This document shows, one piece after another, positions 40,254 to 54,235 of a stretch of DNA of 64,000 bases (positions are counted from its first letter, which is position 1; each line of letters begins with the position of its first letter). The notes under the pieces were generated by a model. The model did not search any database. It was not told where the DNA came from and worked only from the letters and a program-made list of their open reading frames with translations. Source of the stretch: Octopus sinensis. Taxonomy: Eukaryota. The position numbers were made by a program, and so were the translations under genes. The stretch lies in NCBI RefSeq assembly GCF_006345805.1, contig NC_043008.1:17174001-17238000 (forward strand). Direction: 5' to 3'.

Positions 40254-40489
40254 GTATTATTTCTATATATATACGTGTGTGTGTGTGTGGTGTGTGTGTG
40301 TGTGTGTGAGTGTGTGTGCGTCTAAGTTTCACGGGAATATAAACAAATTAATTAATATATATAATTGTTTTTCTCAAGATTGAAATAGGCGGAAACAAGA
40401 AAAATCTATATAATTGCCTTATTTCCGATAATTAATTTCAAATTATATAGCCCAATACATACATACATACGTGCATACATACATATATG

Positions 40490-40520
<31 letters not shown>

Positions 40521-40884
40521 TCATATACATATATATATTCATACAAATTCGAATATACATGTGTTTGCGCGTGTGGACGTGTGTGTATTCATATGTATGT
40601 GCGTGCGCGCTGGTATATAGCGTGTGTATACATGCGTGTGTGTATGTATATGTGTGTCTGTGTTCATTAGACTCAACGTTTCAGAATCTCGATCTGTTTG
40701 TAGATTAAATATCATATAGTTATGTATATTTATCATCAACTTGTTATTCAATACCTAAATTATAGCATTACCAACGATGGGTATTTTACGTGATCACTCG
40801 ACTGGCTTCAAATAGCAGTCAAATATCCCTCAGATCATTCCAACAGGTTTACGAAAGGGAATACTATAGTGGAATTGTAGTTAT

Positions 40885-41270
40885 GCGGAAGCACTCCGTC
40901 GGTTACGATGACGAGGGTTCCGGTTGATCCGATCAACGGAACAGCGTGCTCGTGAAATTAACGTGTAAGTGGCTGAGCACTCCATAGACACGTGTACCCT
41001 TAACGTACTTCTCGGGGATATTGAGCGTGACACAGAGAGTGACAAGGCCGGCCCCTTGAAATACAGGTACAACATAAACAGGAAGTTAGAGTGAGAGAAA
41101 GTTGTGGTGAAAGAGTACAGCAGGGATCACCACCATCCCTGCCGTAGCCTCGTGGAGCTTTAGGTGTTTTCGTTCAATAAACACTCACAACGCCCGGTCT
41201 GGGAATCGAAACCGCGATCCTACGACCGCGAGTCCGCTGCCCTAACCACTGGGCCATTGCGCCTCCAAAC
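40885..41270 (-). mobile_element. young tRNA-derived SINE (head B1 + tail 2)
   Basis: Intact box A and box B. TSD tgtagttat at 40876-40884 and 41271-41279. Highly similar to 53849-54235. Confidence 0.95.
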
Positions 41271-41542
41271 TGTAGTTATACACATTCTTCAAATAAGGTC
41301 GTTGGTTCATCTTTATTATTTAAAATTCTCTTAATCGGCGGTTTGCACAATCAAGAATCGCATGTAATGAAGAGTAACCGCAAAATATAGGCGTTCTGAT
41401 TATTACGATGTTTAGTAGCGTGTTGTATATATTTCCCATATGATAGGTGGTTACATCAGTATTGTCAATTAATCGAACAATTTTAACTCCTTATATTGCA
41501 CGTCTGAGACTATAAATATGTCTATAAATAAACTCTTTATTA

Positions 41543-41920
41543 TTTTACTTGTTTCAGACATTTGACTGTGGCCAAGCTGAAGCACCGCCTTTAGTCGAGT
41601 AAATTGACCCCAGGACTTATTCTTTGTAAGCCTAGTACTTATTCTATCGTTCTTTTCTGCCGAACCGCTAGGTTACGGGGACGTAAACACAACAGTATCG
41701 GTTGTCAAGTGATGTTGGGGTGGGACAGACAAACATATACACACATACATATATATATATATATACCTATACGATGGGCTTCATTCAGTTTCCGTCTGTG
41801 AAATCCACTCACAAGGCTTTGGTCGGCCCGAGGCTATAGTAGAAGACACTTGCCCAATTTATCACGCAGTGGGACTGAACCTGGAATTATGTAGTTCGTA
41901 GGCAAGCTACTTTCCACACA
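41543..41920 (-). mobile_element. SINE family A
   Basis: Tail, body and most of the head. Confidence 0.9.
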
Positions 41921-42574
41921 AACACTTCACTGATTTTTTTCTCAGTCGCATATTTGACATTTATTTCAAGCATCACTATATTCCATGATCGCGCCGAGGT
42001 CGAATGTGCTTTTCATCTTTTAGGGTTTGATAAATTAAGTACCAGTTTCGTACTGATGTCGATGTAATCAACTGGCCCCTGTGCTACAATTTCGGGCCTT
42101 GTGACTAGAGTATAGAACAATATGAATGGTGGTCAGCGCCAAGTGACATAGAGTGCTGCAACCAGTTATAAGCAAACACACTTGAATATCATTTTTTTCT
42201 TCATCTACTTCAATAAAACATGTCTTCCCATTGTTGTCTTCTGCCATTGTGTATTTATTATAGACTTTTATTTTTAGTGATATTTTGAAAATGTCTTCTT
42301 AGTATAATTGTATAATGATCTGAGCTACCAGAAAAGTATTTTAAAATAATATTTGTTCGACTTTACCTTTATTGTTAACCCCCAGAATTAACATTTAATA
42401 TTATGCATGCAAGTACCAGTTACGCACTGGTGTCGGTATTATCGACTTAATCCCTTTGTGTGTCTTTGTTTGTCCACTCTATGTTTAGCCGTCTGTGAGC
42501 AATAAATAATAAATATTATGCATATATGCATGGCTGAATGGCATGAATTTGTCTTCAATGGGTACATAAAATAG

Positions 42575-43125
42575 ATTCTTCTTCTCCTTCTTCTTCTTCT
42601 TCTCTTCTTCTTCTTCTTCTTCTTCTTCTTCTTCTTCATCTTACTATTCTTCTTCTTCTTCTTCTTCTTCATCTTCCTCGTCTTCTTCTTCTTCTTCTTC
42701 ATCTTCCTCGTCTTCTTCCTCTCCTTCTTCTTCTTCCTCTCCTTCTTCTTCTTCTTCTCTTCTTCTCCTTCTTCTCCTTCTTCTTCTTCTTCTTCTTCTA
42801 CTTCTCCTTCTCCTCCTTCTTCTTCCTCCTTCTTCTCCTCCCTCTTCTTCTTCTTCTTCTCTTCTTCGTCATCTTCCTATTCATTTTCTTCTTTTTCTTC
42901 CTCTTCTTCGTCTTCTTCTTCTTTTTCAACTTCCTATTCTTCCTCTTCTTCTTCTTCTTTATCTTACTATTCTTCTTCTTTCTCTTCTTCTTCTTCGTTC
43001 TCTTCTTCTTCTTCTTCTTCTTCTTCATCTTCCTATTCTTTTTCTTTCTCTTCTTCTTCTTCCTCCTCCTCCTCCTCTTTTTCTTCTTCTTCTTCTTCTT
43101 CTTCTTCTTCTTCTTCTTCTCCGTC
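42575..43125. repeat. degenerate (CTT)n array
   Basis: Directly visible. Source of the poly-K/R ORFs. Confidence 0.97.
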
Positions 43126-43569
43126 CTCGTTGTCGTCGTCATCGTCGACTTCATTGTCGATATCGTCTCTCCGTCTTCCTCGTCGCCTTCATTATCCTTG
43201 GTGTTATTTCTTTTCTTTTCATTGCTGTTGCTGTTACTGTTCTAGTTACTAGTGTTGGTACTGTTTCTGGCACTGTATTTGCTGCTGTGAATACGGCTAC
43301 CGCTGCTATTGTTACTAGAATGTTCTTCCATTGTTATACTCCAAGACACCGTAAACTATTGTCTTAATAAATTTTATCAGCATAAACGATTTGTCTCAAA
43401 TTTTCTACTTATCTTTCTGATCTCATTTTATCCAGTGACTTTATAATAGAAAATGAATTGTGTTTAAAAATAGCCGGAATATCTGACCGCTTTCATATCT
43501 TCTTTGCATTGAACAATGAGCTTAAATTCAGCAAACTCAACAATAAAACTTCTTTAGAAACTTTAGCAT

Positions 43570-43606
43570 AATAATAATAACAACAACAACAATAATAATA
43601 ATAATA

Positions 43607-43646
<40 letters not shown>

Positions 43647-43826
43647 CATAACAACAACAATAACAACAACAATAATAATAACATAATAATAATAATAACA
43701 ATTATAATAATAATGACAATAACATTAACAATGATAATAGTAATAATAATAATAATAATAATAATAGTAATAATAATAATGATAATAATAATAATAATAA
43801 TATTAATAATAATAATAATAATAATT

Positions 43827-43862
<36 letters not shown>
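43570..43862. repeat. (AAT)n/(AAC)n array
   Basis: Directly visible. Confidence 0.97.
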
Positions 43863-43863
<1 letters not shown>

Positions 43864-44639
43864 TCGGAAGAATTCAGTGCACCTTCGCATTTTATTTCGC
43901 TGGAGCACTGAATGTCGTTACCCGAAAAAACAGGATACTTCAGCACACTTGTGTCCGCATTTGATACTGTTTTGCCTAAAGTGAAATAAAATAAGACAAA
44001 TATATTTTTATCAGAAATGCACGCTTTATTTCTTATATAAAAAGACAATACTTGAAGCTCCTTAAAATGTAAATGCTTACGTTACTCTTTATTCCAAATG
44101 TCAACGTTCTATATTTGAAAGACAAAAAAAGACAGAAAAAAAGACAAAATACAACGCTACTCCGTGAAACGAGACGGCCTTGAAGATGGCAATAGAGAAG
44201 ACAATTATTTTATATTATTAGAACCGTCTTAGCAGAATAATGCCCCATTCATAAGATCTCATGTCTAATGACTTATAAAGCAATACTTACTTGTACTTAT
44301 CGACTTATATTTGTTTTTGATAAATTATTTACAAATGTAAAAGAAATGCTACACGATCTTCGAAAATTATTTAACAGGACATTAGAAGAAATAATAAAAA
44401 ATGGAATTAACCATATCTACCATTGGTAGAAGTTCTGCAATTCTGTCGGTTATATGAACCCAAGTACATGACTGGTACTTAATTTATCGATACCGGAAGG
44501 ATGAACGGCAAAGTGGACCTCAGAGAGACCGAGTTCTGAATGTAAAGACGAAGGACGAAAAGCCGCCAAGTATTTAATACGGCAAGGTAACGGTTCTGTC
44601 TGTCCACCGCATTTAGGAATATAATTAATCATAATTATT

Positions 44640-45032
44640 TTCTTGTCTAGCCACAAGGCCTGAAGTTTTGGGGAGGGAGCCAGTCGATTAGATCGACCCC
44701 AGCACTTAACTGGTACGTAATTTATCGATCACGAAATGATGAAAGGCAAAGTCACCCTCAGGGGAATTTGAACTCAGAACGTAACGGCATACGAAATTTC
44801 TATTTCTTTATTACCCACAAGGGGCTAAACATGGAGGGGACAAACAAGGGCAGACATAGGCATTAAGTCCATTACATCGACCTCAGTGCGTAACTGGTAC
44901 TTAATTTATCGACCCCGAAAGGATGAAAGGCGAAGTCGACCTCAGCAGAATTTCAACTCACAACGTAACGGCAGACGAAATACGGCTACGCATTTCGCCC
45001 GGCGTGCTAACGTTTCTGCCAGCTCGCCGCTT
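44640..45032 (-). mobile_element. SINE family C tandem: tail-1 full copy followed by a head-truncated tail-2 copy
   Basis: Junction acgaaatttc|tatttctttatt at 44800/44801. Confidence 0.9.
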
Positions 45033-46718
45033 TGTTAATAATGATGGTTTTGATGCTTCAGTTAATACACATGTGACCCAAATTCTATGTATTCTCTGAA
45101 GCCGACCACATTCCCGAAGTAATGAACGAACAAGTCAGTTCAACCACTTACTTTGAAGATAGGAAAGTAGTAAGCGGAATGACAATAAAAGTATGTTCAT
45201 TCATTAACCGACTATTTCTTTCAACATAGAGCTGAAATATAGTTAATCATCCTGTAGAATATAGTATCCAAAATTCGTAGAAACCAAACCATACCTTTTT
45301 CCATAAAGACCATATTGAACAATAGAGATCCCTATATACCAAATACGAGTGTGCCATCATCAGAAGTTCTTTGTAAATAAATTTGTTTGACTACTAATGA
45401 CTGGAGAATACACACAAACTTTAATTTCTCCCAACAACGGTTTGTATAGTAGCCCAATTTTTATCTAATTGCCTACCATCTAAAATTGCGCTATAACTCA
45501 TTGAAAAATGTAGTACTATATATACTAGAGACGGCTGATTCACCTGCACTCATGCACACGTATAACCTATGATATGCTTTCAATGCATGACATGTTGCCT
45601 GCCTTATTATGACTCCATATCTAGGCTACTCTATACTTTGGTATTACACCGTTAACAAAGTATAATGCTGAATATATTTGAGGATTAGCTATAACGTAGA
45701 AATAGAGCGAAAAATATTGAATGAATAACAGAAAACAAATTATTGGTATTTTGAATTGTTTATTTGCACGCTGGTTCTTATGATTATATATTCTCACAAA
45801 ATCGTTTCAATAAAAAAAAATTTAATCGAACGATATTGCACATGACTCTTTTCTCTATATAGCCGAGAATTCGTAATTAAACCCCGTATTTTTGGGGGGT
45901 AACACTGCAGATATATGTAACCTTAAAGCAGTTCTCATTTCGGAAGAAATCAAACGGGATTTTTGAAAGCCTTGTACATTTAAAAGAGAATGATATGTTC
46001 AATTCCAGTTATAGACTACTTCTTTCTTCATCGACCGCAGAATAATAGAAAGCAGGTTTTGAATTGAGTGTTCAGAAATATAGAACCGATGCTTCAGTTC
46101 TTTCTATTCTGTCTTTGATAAATCTACCATTCATCTCTCCTATTCGGCGTGAATGTATGGCCTGATACGATATCTGCTGTGAGTGTATCTTTTTATCCAA
46201 ACTAGGAATAATAGCCCTCTCATGGAAGAGAAAATTATACCTCCTACAGCTACATGATTTTAATGGCTTTTCCATATTTGCGAGTATTCATGGCAGTATT
46301 TTGAGTCTACAAATATACGAATAATCGAACTATATCCTCTGTCTAATGGCTTTATTTTAACAAACCAAGAAACTTCTACATAATAGCTCAGTTTGTTACA
46401 AATAGCAGCTAATTGTCCCTCAAATTACATTTCGTCATTAAATGCTATAGACACATTACGTAGTTTTTTGTTTTACTTGAAATGGAAATATCCTGGGAGA
46501 TATTTTAAGTCTACAGATAATAATGTTATTTTTTCTTTCTTTTCTTCATTTCTCTATAATCTTTTATTTTTATTTTTGTTTTTGATAGATTATCCCACTC
46601 TTGCATATCATCATGGTAATTAACAAAACCAAATGTCGGTGAGAATGGGTTGTACGGGAGTCGTTGGGATAGAATGTCAACGTTTGTTCATCATCTAATA
46701 TTTAACAGCAGACAATTT

Positions 46719-46944
46719 GTTTCCTTATTACCCACAAGTGGCTAAACATAGAGGGGACAAACAAGGACGAACAAAGGGATTAAGTCGATTATATCGACCC
46801 CAGTGCGTAACTGGTACTTAATTTATCGACCCCGAACGGATGAAAGTCGACTTCGGCGGAATTTAAACTCAGAGCGTAACGGCAGACGAAATACAGCTAC
46901 GCATTTCGCCCGGCGTGCTAACGTTTCTGCTAGCTCGTCGCCTT
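46719..46944 (-). mobile_element. SINE family C (tail-1)
   Basis: Complete homology with a small internal deletion. Confidence 0.92.
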
Positions 46945-47149
46945 ATATATTTAACTACTTAGAATCAATAGCTGCTTTCAAAACTTCGATAAATGATACG
47001 TGCAATAATGCAGAATGAATAATATAGCACGACTTGCTTCATTTACTTATAAATGTTTACTTTGTGCGTTCAACTCTCGCCGGGTTGCATATAGTTTTAT
47101 ATCCTTGTTATGTTAAAAAAATATCGGTGAAGTATTGATTTCAAATTTT

Positions 47150-47345
47150 GGTACAAGGCCAGCAGTTTTGGGAGAAGGGTTCAGTCGATTACATTGATCC
47201 AAGTGCTCAGTTGGTACTTATGTTATCGGTCCCGAAAGACTGAAATGCAAAATCGACCTCGACGGAAATTGAACTCGCAGCACAAAGACGGACGAAATGC
47301 CGCTATGCATTGCTCAGCAGGCTTACTGATTCTGCCAGCTCGCTG
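47150..47345 (-). mobile_element. SINE family C (tail-2), diverged
   Basis: acaaggccagcagttttggg...gattctgccagctcgc. Confidence 0.8.
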
Positions 47346-48293
47346 TATTAAACTAGTGAAATATTGTCGTCTGTTTACTCCTAGAATCCTTCCAACCACA
47401 AATGCGACTTTGTGAGTATATCAGAAATGATTTTTTTTATTATTGATGTAATACAATCAACAACATTCTACACTTTAAGATAAAGACAATCAGCGGGAGA
47501 AACTGGTGACATTTATCTAAGCATTTAGCATGTTAGAATTTATATTCTTTCAACTATGTGAAAATACGTGCCGTACAGAAAGAGGTTTGCTTTTACAATT
47601 CATAGATGTTGAAGTTTAAGCCAAGTTTCATTTATTGTTTTGAGATTGTCATAGTTCGTTATTGTGTCTAGATCTCAAATAGTTATTGTTATGAATTTGC
47701 GATTAAGCTCATACATTTCTCTCTCTCTTTCTCTCTTTCCTCCCCCCTCTCTCTCTCTCTCTCACACACAAATGAAAGGCGCTATGATCTGACAAGATCA
47801 CAGCTTTTTCCAATTTTTTTTTTTTTTTTGCTTTTTTTAATAATTCAGTCTTTGTCTGTAATTCGACAATCTAATAACAATATCAATTAGCATCATTAGC
47901 TTTTGTTGTTTATCATGAACTATAATGTCTGGTCGGTTTGCTGTCATTGATGTGCATCTTGCCATTGTTTAATATCTCTTTGTTTTGTTATAATGATTTA
48001 TCAAACTTATTTATTTTCTCTCTTTTATTACCATAGGTGTGTTTTGATTTTCCAGAATAGCATTTACCACTTAAATGCCAGTGACTACAACTTACCAACT
48101 TCATTATCGCTTTAATGTTAGGTGTGTGGTAGAAGTGCTGGGAATACAATGAGTAGCACAATCAATCTTCTCACCATCATATTGTCAAAGTTCTGCATCC
48201 AGAAAATGCTTTTCTGTTCATAATTATTTATGTTTAATATATTTTCTAGCCATATGTGTATCATATTAAATGCAAATACATCGCGGAAATTCA

Positions 48294-48723
48294 GGATCTT
48301 TTCGGTTTGAACGGCGGTTTTTTCTAGCGGTGTCATATGAAATTGTCACCCATAATTATGATCCTAGTATCGATCTATTGCATTTCAATCTGTTTTAGGG
48401 TTAGGTTTAGGGTTAGGGTTAGGGGTGGGAGGAAGGGTATCTTTTTTACTTCAGAAATGTAAATAAACCCAATCTATTTCTTAAACGAGGGACATATTCA
48501 TACGGCACAGAATGTTGTTTTTTACCTCAATAGACGCCATTGATCGGTTAAAATTGCAGAAATTGAAGAAAAAACAACAAATATCTTACTAACTATAGAA
48601 TTTTCTCAATAAAGCCACGAGAAAAAGATGTTTTATAAGCACATTCTATCAGTATACGAAGTTTAACATTTTTTAGTTGCCTAGAAAGTATGTTAAAAAC
48701 TGCCGTTCAAACCGAAAAGATCC
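48294..48723. mobile_element. second copy of the Merlin-like MITE, opposite orientation, internal (TTAGGG)~5
   Basis: 29-bp TIRs with 1 mismatch. TSD gaaattca (48286-48293) / aaaattca (48724-48731). Confidence 0.9.
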
Positions 48724-49050
48724 AAAATTCAGATTAATCTGGGTTTTCATCGTCTGGAGATATATATTACGGACGTACCATGTTTATTCACGAAGGTATA
48801 ACACGGCCAAACGAAAATCTCGTCCAGCAGCCATGCTGAAAATGATAAATGACTTTTTGAGCTTTGATTGTGGCCTGTGCTGTTGTTGCCGGATATTAAA
48901 TTAGCATCCGTTTGACAGTTAGTGCATACAGTTAATGCATACACGTGATCAGCTCATGGAGGTAGAAATGCGCATGTAATATTCTCAACACGGCTGCTGG
49001 ACGAATTGCGGCTGTACGTTTATAAGAGATAATGTCTCTGGATAAATACC

Positions 49051-49270
49051 TATTTATTTACTACACACAAGGGGCTAAACACAGAGAGGACAAACAAGGA
49101 CAGACAAACGGATTAAGTCGATTACATAAACCCCAGTGTGTAGCTGGTACTTAATATATCGATCCCGAAAGGATGAAAGGCAAAGTCGACCTCGGCGGAA
49201 TTTGAACTCAGAACGTAGCGGTAGACGAAATACCACTAAGCATTTAGCCCGGCGTGCTAACGGTTCTGCC
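49051..49270 (-). mobile_element. SINE family C (tail-1) with a probable 14-bp TSD
   Basis: tctggataaatacc at 49037-49050 versus tctggacaaatacc at 49285-49298. Confidence 0.9.
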
Positions 49271-51589
49271 AACACATTGTCTTTTCTGGACAAATACCGC
49301 AGTTAATTTAACCTTTGGTGATATACTGGCAGGAAGTGTGCTACAGGGATGGTCATTTCAATCTAACTCTGTTTCTGTTGCATATAACGAATAATTTCCC
49401 TTCTCTTAGGTTATAACATCCAAGTTTCCATAATCTTATATTCTGCTGTTATGATTCATTACCTTATTTGCTAATTGGATTAGATTATTTTGGCAGTTTA
49501 TTATAAATTGGTTACGAGGTCTCTTTTGTATTTTATCATATTCCAACTATTATATATTTTATATTTTCGTCTTATGTTCTTCATGAAAAATTTCCTTTCA
49601 AGGTCGGACTTACCCTGCGGCCCCTTTTACAACCAGCACGCTACGACATCTCTGTTTACGTTTCTCATTACGTAAATTATTGCGTATATAATTATTCTTA
49701 TAAGCTTTTATTTCTGTATTTAATATCTTTTTATTGATATACATAATACTTGCTTATTGCTTGAATAGCATTTCTCACTCTTGATTTACTTTTAAGAATT
49801 TCCTAATCTCTATTCAGCACTCTTTTCCAATAATGTATTTCATGCATACTTTTAATGAACACTTTTAATGAACACCTTTACCCTGAGGTATTTATGGCGT
49901 TTTGGGCGTTTGGATTATTCTTTATATATCCCGTTTCAGAAAATTATCCGCTTTTGCTTGGTATAGTAAGGATTTTACCGATAAACAGCTAACTTATAAT
50001 TTCGGTAGGATATTGGAGAGAAGCGTGGACAAACGTTAACTGTAATGTATATAGACTGGAATAATCTAGATTATAAATATTAGCGTATCAAATCCATTTT
50101 CCTCATTGAACTTTGTCAATAAAATTTTCCGTCTCAGTAATAATCACGTATGTGAGAGAAGAGGAGAAATTTATGATAATCATACCACAACTATGGTCAC
50201 TAATATGGTATTCCCTTCAAATATTCTTTATGAATATACTAATAATTTATATGTATATCTTATTTCAAATAGCAAATATCATATTTACCTGTTAGTTTTA
50301 CTGTTGTTATAATCGAGTCTTAATAACATTATTGAAGTATTTTTCACAATTTTGTTTCAAATTTAAACCATACACGTACAATAATCTTTTCAGGGTTTAC
50401 GTTATACTAGAACGAATTATCTACAGCAGAATTCTACGCTTTATTGTCACTCTTTAAGCTTCTTATTCTTGAGATGGCACATCAAGGTTCATTCTTGATT
50501 GTGAAAGTGAAAGAATTTTAGCTGCAGGCATAGATGTGCTTCCATAATGATGGATATTTCAGATTATCATAATGCTTTGAAAGACCTTTAAAATGCATGC
50601 CTTTCCATTCCCATTTCCTTACACCTGCTACAGTATAATTTATGTTATTTTCTCAGAATTTCGTTTTGGGATTTGGTTTGCAAGATTCTTTATGTGAGTT
50701 CGTATGTTGAAGCATATTCTGTTGTGTCTGGGGAGATTCATTTTCATTTTGCACCTTATAATTTAACACGCTCTCCGGTAAAATTTCCATTTATTCCTTA
50801 TTTTTATTTTCCTAAAATTTTCGTTGCGCCTTACAACCTTTTCGCTAGTATTAACCCTAATTTTCTCAGTAGTTTTATGATAATGATCATGGATGGTGCT
50901 GTGAGCAAAACATTTCCTAATACACATGTGATATATATATGATAATACATATTTAGCTTTGCTAGCTACTTCTTGAATAAAACCAATTTTGCTTAGATCA
51001 CCTTTACTCTGTGTTATCTGAGTAACAGTTGAACAGTGTTTTTCGTGCGCATTCTCTTGAGGAGATGCACGATGTCTCTTCATCACTGTATTATGCAGAA
51101 ACGACCAATATCTGAAGCGAATGGGTGAAGCATATCATACTATTATTTGAATTGAATCCATCGTGAAAATCACCACGTTACATTTTTTTGAGCTAGGAGG
51201 GCGGGTAGTTTTTCTGTAACATATTGACTGGTGTACAGGGTTCTCTGGAGGACTAAACTGTGATGATTGAACACAAATACTTTCCGTTTCTGCCAAACCC
51301 TCATTAATCATTTAAGGTGTTAGTTGGAAAGGAAGTCGTTGATTTCCATTAAGTTCGTTGAAACATTTGTGTGAATTACGAAAGGTTACATGTAAACGGG
51401 GCTACCTTTTACCGTTGGCGGCCAGAGTGATTCAGCTCTGTTGGGATTTCCCTGCTTGCTAATTTCCTCCTCTCAATTTTCTCTTCATTATATTCTTACT
51501 TTGTTTGGTGTGCTTTTTTATGTCGTTCTCGTCTAAAATCATCAATTACATCAATATTTTATCCTTTATGTCAATTCAAAAAGTCATCA

Positions 51590-51644
51590 CCACGACATCA
51601 TCATCGTCATCACCATCGTGGTGGTGGTGGTGGTGGTGGTGGTG

Positions 51645-51676
<32 letters not shown>

Positions 51677-51762
51677 GGTGGTGGTGATGATGATGATGAT
51701 GATGATGAAGGTGATGATGATTATGATTATGATGATGATGATGATGTCGTCGTCGTCGTCGT
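51590..51762. repeat. compound (GGT)n/(GTT)n/(GAT)n/(GTC)n microsatellite
   Basis: Directly visible. Confidence 0.97.
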
Positions 51763-53250
51763 CAGAAATTCCGTTACTTAAAACCAGCGTATTCGTCACA
51801 ACGTTAATGAATCGGTCTAGATATATTTGGTTATTTAATTGCCAGCACTACTGCTAGGTTTCGAAACCGCATTATTGTTAACTCTATATCTGAGTTGTCT
51901 ACAATCGAGAATACAGATACAGTAGATATACTGATGTCTCATTTCAATCAAATCTAATCTTGATCGACTAAAGTTGATGCTGTTCCTATTGAAATGTATT
52001 TATGTAAATATCTTTGTTTCTCCTTATTCTCTTAGTTTTCACCATATTTTAGAATATTTTTGCCACAAACAACTCTCTTCTGTATCATATCTGCTCGAAA
52101 TTGAAACGTATTGAAGCCTATTTTTTTCTCTCTCATCATGAATTCTACGGGTATTATGATAAAGCAAAACACCAGCTATAAAATAATGGCCATTGTAGAA
52201 CAAATCATAAACTCTAGACTTACGAGAGCTGAAGTAAACATAATCTTCTGATGGTGGAACAATCATACACTATCGAATTATTTTGTGCGCCGAAATAATA
52301 ATCGATATGTCGTTCTTGTTAAAACTATTGCTTGCTTACTAATATTTTTTATGAGAGCTGATTTCTGGAAGCTCAACTAATTCCAGTTTACTTACAGAAA
52401 AGCAAAAAATGTTGGAAGGAAAATAGCATTATGTTTTCGTTGTGTCATATATTAACCAAAGATAACATTCAACAGTAAAGTGATGCATTAACATTGTCAT
52501 TAGATTATCGGGTAGAATAACTTGCGCTGTCGCATTTGCCATTCGGCTCTTCGTGTTCAAATGTTACTGAGGTGTACTTTGCCCTTCATTCTCTCAGAAT
52601 CAATTAATAAATAGTCAATCTATGGTGACGGGTTAGTAGAATGCTTCGGTTTTCTGGATTCGTACTGCAACATCTGACAGAACACTTGTGTCAAATTGTC
52701 TTGATCTTGCCTTACAGCCCACCAGTTTAATAACGCCAAAGGTAAAATAGTGAAATTCTACCAGCCTCTGCTAGAAGAATAGTGAGACTCAGACAATAAG
52801 GAACCTGGGCGAAATGTGCTAACATAGAGAGCAGGGGAACAAATGAATAATAGTAGACTCTCGTAGTCCAAGAAATACGGTTCAGCAATTTCTTGCTGAA
52901 CAACCCGAGTGACTAAATTTCATCAAATGTGGTATATTAGCTCCCTCACTTCACCAAATCGACGTTGTCTGAGCAGGTTCGCAGAGAGCCACACATCAGA
53001 TATCCAAATGATAGCAGAGCAACGCACAACCAGGACCAGAAATTGCTACCACGACCTTACGATTGTGAGTAATACCTTGACCAATGGGCCATGCACCCTC
53101 ACAAGCAACGGAATACCACTTATTCAAATCTCTGGCAGGCCGTTATGCAGTGCATTAGATATTTTATTTTCAGTAGTCGGAGAAAAGATACATTAGTAGA
53201 CGCAGTTTATTTAACACACATTATAATTTAATGATTGATGTAATGAAATT

Positions 53251-53648
53251 ATTTTCTACTCTAGGCACAAGGCCCGAAATTTTGGGGAAGGGTGCCAGTC
53301 GATTAGATCGACCCCAGTAAGCAACTGGTACTTGATTTATCGACCCCGAAAGAATGAAAGGCAAAGTCGACCTCAGTTGAATTTGAACTAAGAATGTAAA
53401 GACAGACGAAATACCAATTTCTTTACTACACACAAGGGGCTAAACACAGAGAGGACAAACAAGGACAGACAAACGGATTAAGTCGATTATATCGATCCCA
53501 ATGCGTAACTGATACTTATTTACTCGACCCCGAAAGGATGAAAGGCAAAGTCGACCTCGGCGGAATTTGAACTCAGAACGTAACGGTAGACGAGATACGG
53601 CTACGCATTTGGCCCGGCGTGTTAACATTTCTGCCAGCTCACCGCCTT
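53251..53648 (-). mobile_element. SINE family C tandem: tail-1 full copy followed by a head-truncated tail-2 copy
   Basis: Junction gacgaaatacc|aatttctttact at 53415/53416. Confidence 0.9.
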
Positions 53649-53848
53649 AGATGATATGAAATTGCGTGAGTGATAGATTTGCCTTTCATGGTATTTCGGC
53701 TGTCCAATGCCACATACTATTGTTACATCTGACACGAAGTCCTTCTGGACAGTATGCAGTATATATATAGAGATAAAAAAGATTCTAACGCCTTACGGAA
53801 ACCGTGCTAGGTAGAATAGAATTTATATTTTGCAATATTTGTAGGTCT

Positions 53849-54235
53849 GTGGAGGCGCAATGGCCCAGTGGTTAGGGCAGCGGACTCGCGGTCATAGGAT
53901 CGAGGTTTCGATTCCCAGACCGGGCGTTGTGAGTATTTATTGAGCGAAAGCACCTAAAAGCTCCACGAGGCTCCGGCAGGGGATGGTGGTGATCCCTGCT
54001 GTACTCTTTCACCACAACTTTCTCTCACTCTTACTTCCTGTTTCTGTTGTACCTGTATTTCAAGGGGCCGGCCTTGTCACTCTCTGTGTCACGCTGAATA
54101 TCCCCGAGAACTACGTTAAGGGTACACGTGTCTGTGGAGTGCTCAGCCACTTAAACCTTAATTTCACGAGCAGGCTGTTCCGTTGATTCGGATCAACCGG
54201 AACCCTCGTCGTCGTAACCGACGGAGTGCTTCTAA
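53849..54235 (+). mobile_element. young tRNA-derived SINE (head B1 + tail 2)
   Basis: Intact box A and box B. 12-bp TSD atttgtaggtct at 53837-53848 and 54236-54247. Confidence 0.95.

Noticed and set aside
42439-43154. poly-Lys/Arg ORFs resembling protamine or basic nuclear proteins
   Set aside because: Degenerate (CTT)n array with no unique coding context or splice support.
43872-43913. 9-bp inverted repeat attcagtgc/gcactgaat
   Set aside because: Single short stem with a poorly paired interior, expected by chance in 64 kb.
45102-45190. possible micro-exon ADHIPEVMNEQVSSTTYFEDRKVVSGMTIK ending at gtatgt
   Set aside because: Weak acceptor (gaag), no recognisable homology and no neighbouring exons.
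50480-51090. K/N-rich minus-strand ORF and a WEWKGMH motif suggesting LINE debris
   Set aside because: Motif order could not be matched to any family with confidence.
53851-53930. tRNA-like sequence (also at 1177, 41190 and 56998)
   Set aside because: No acceptor-stem closure. Each continues into a SINE body, three of them between clear TSDs, so these are SINE heads and not tRNA genes.
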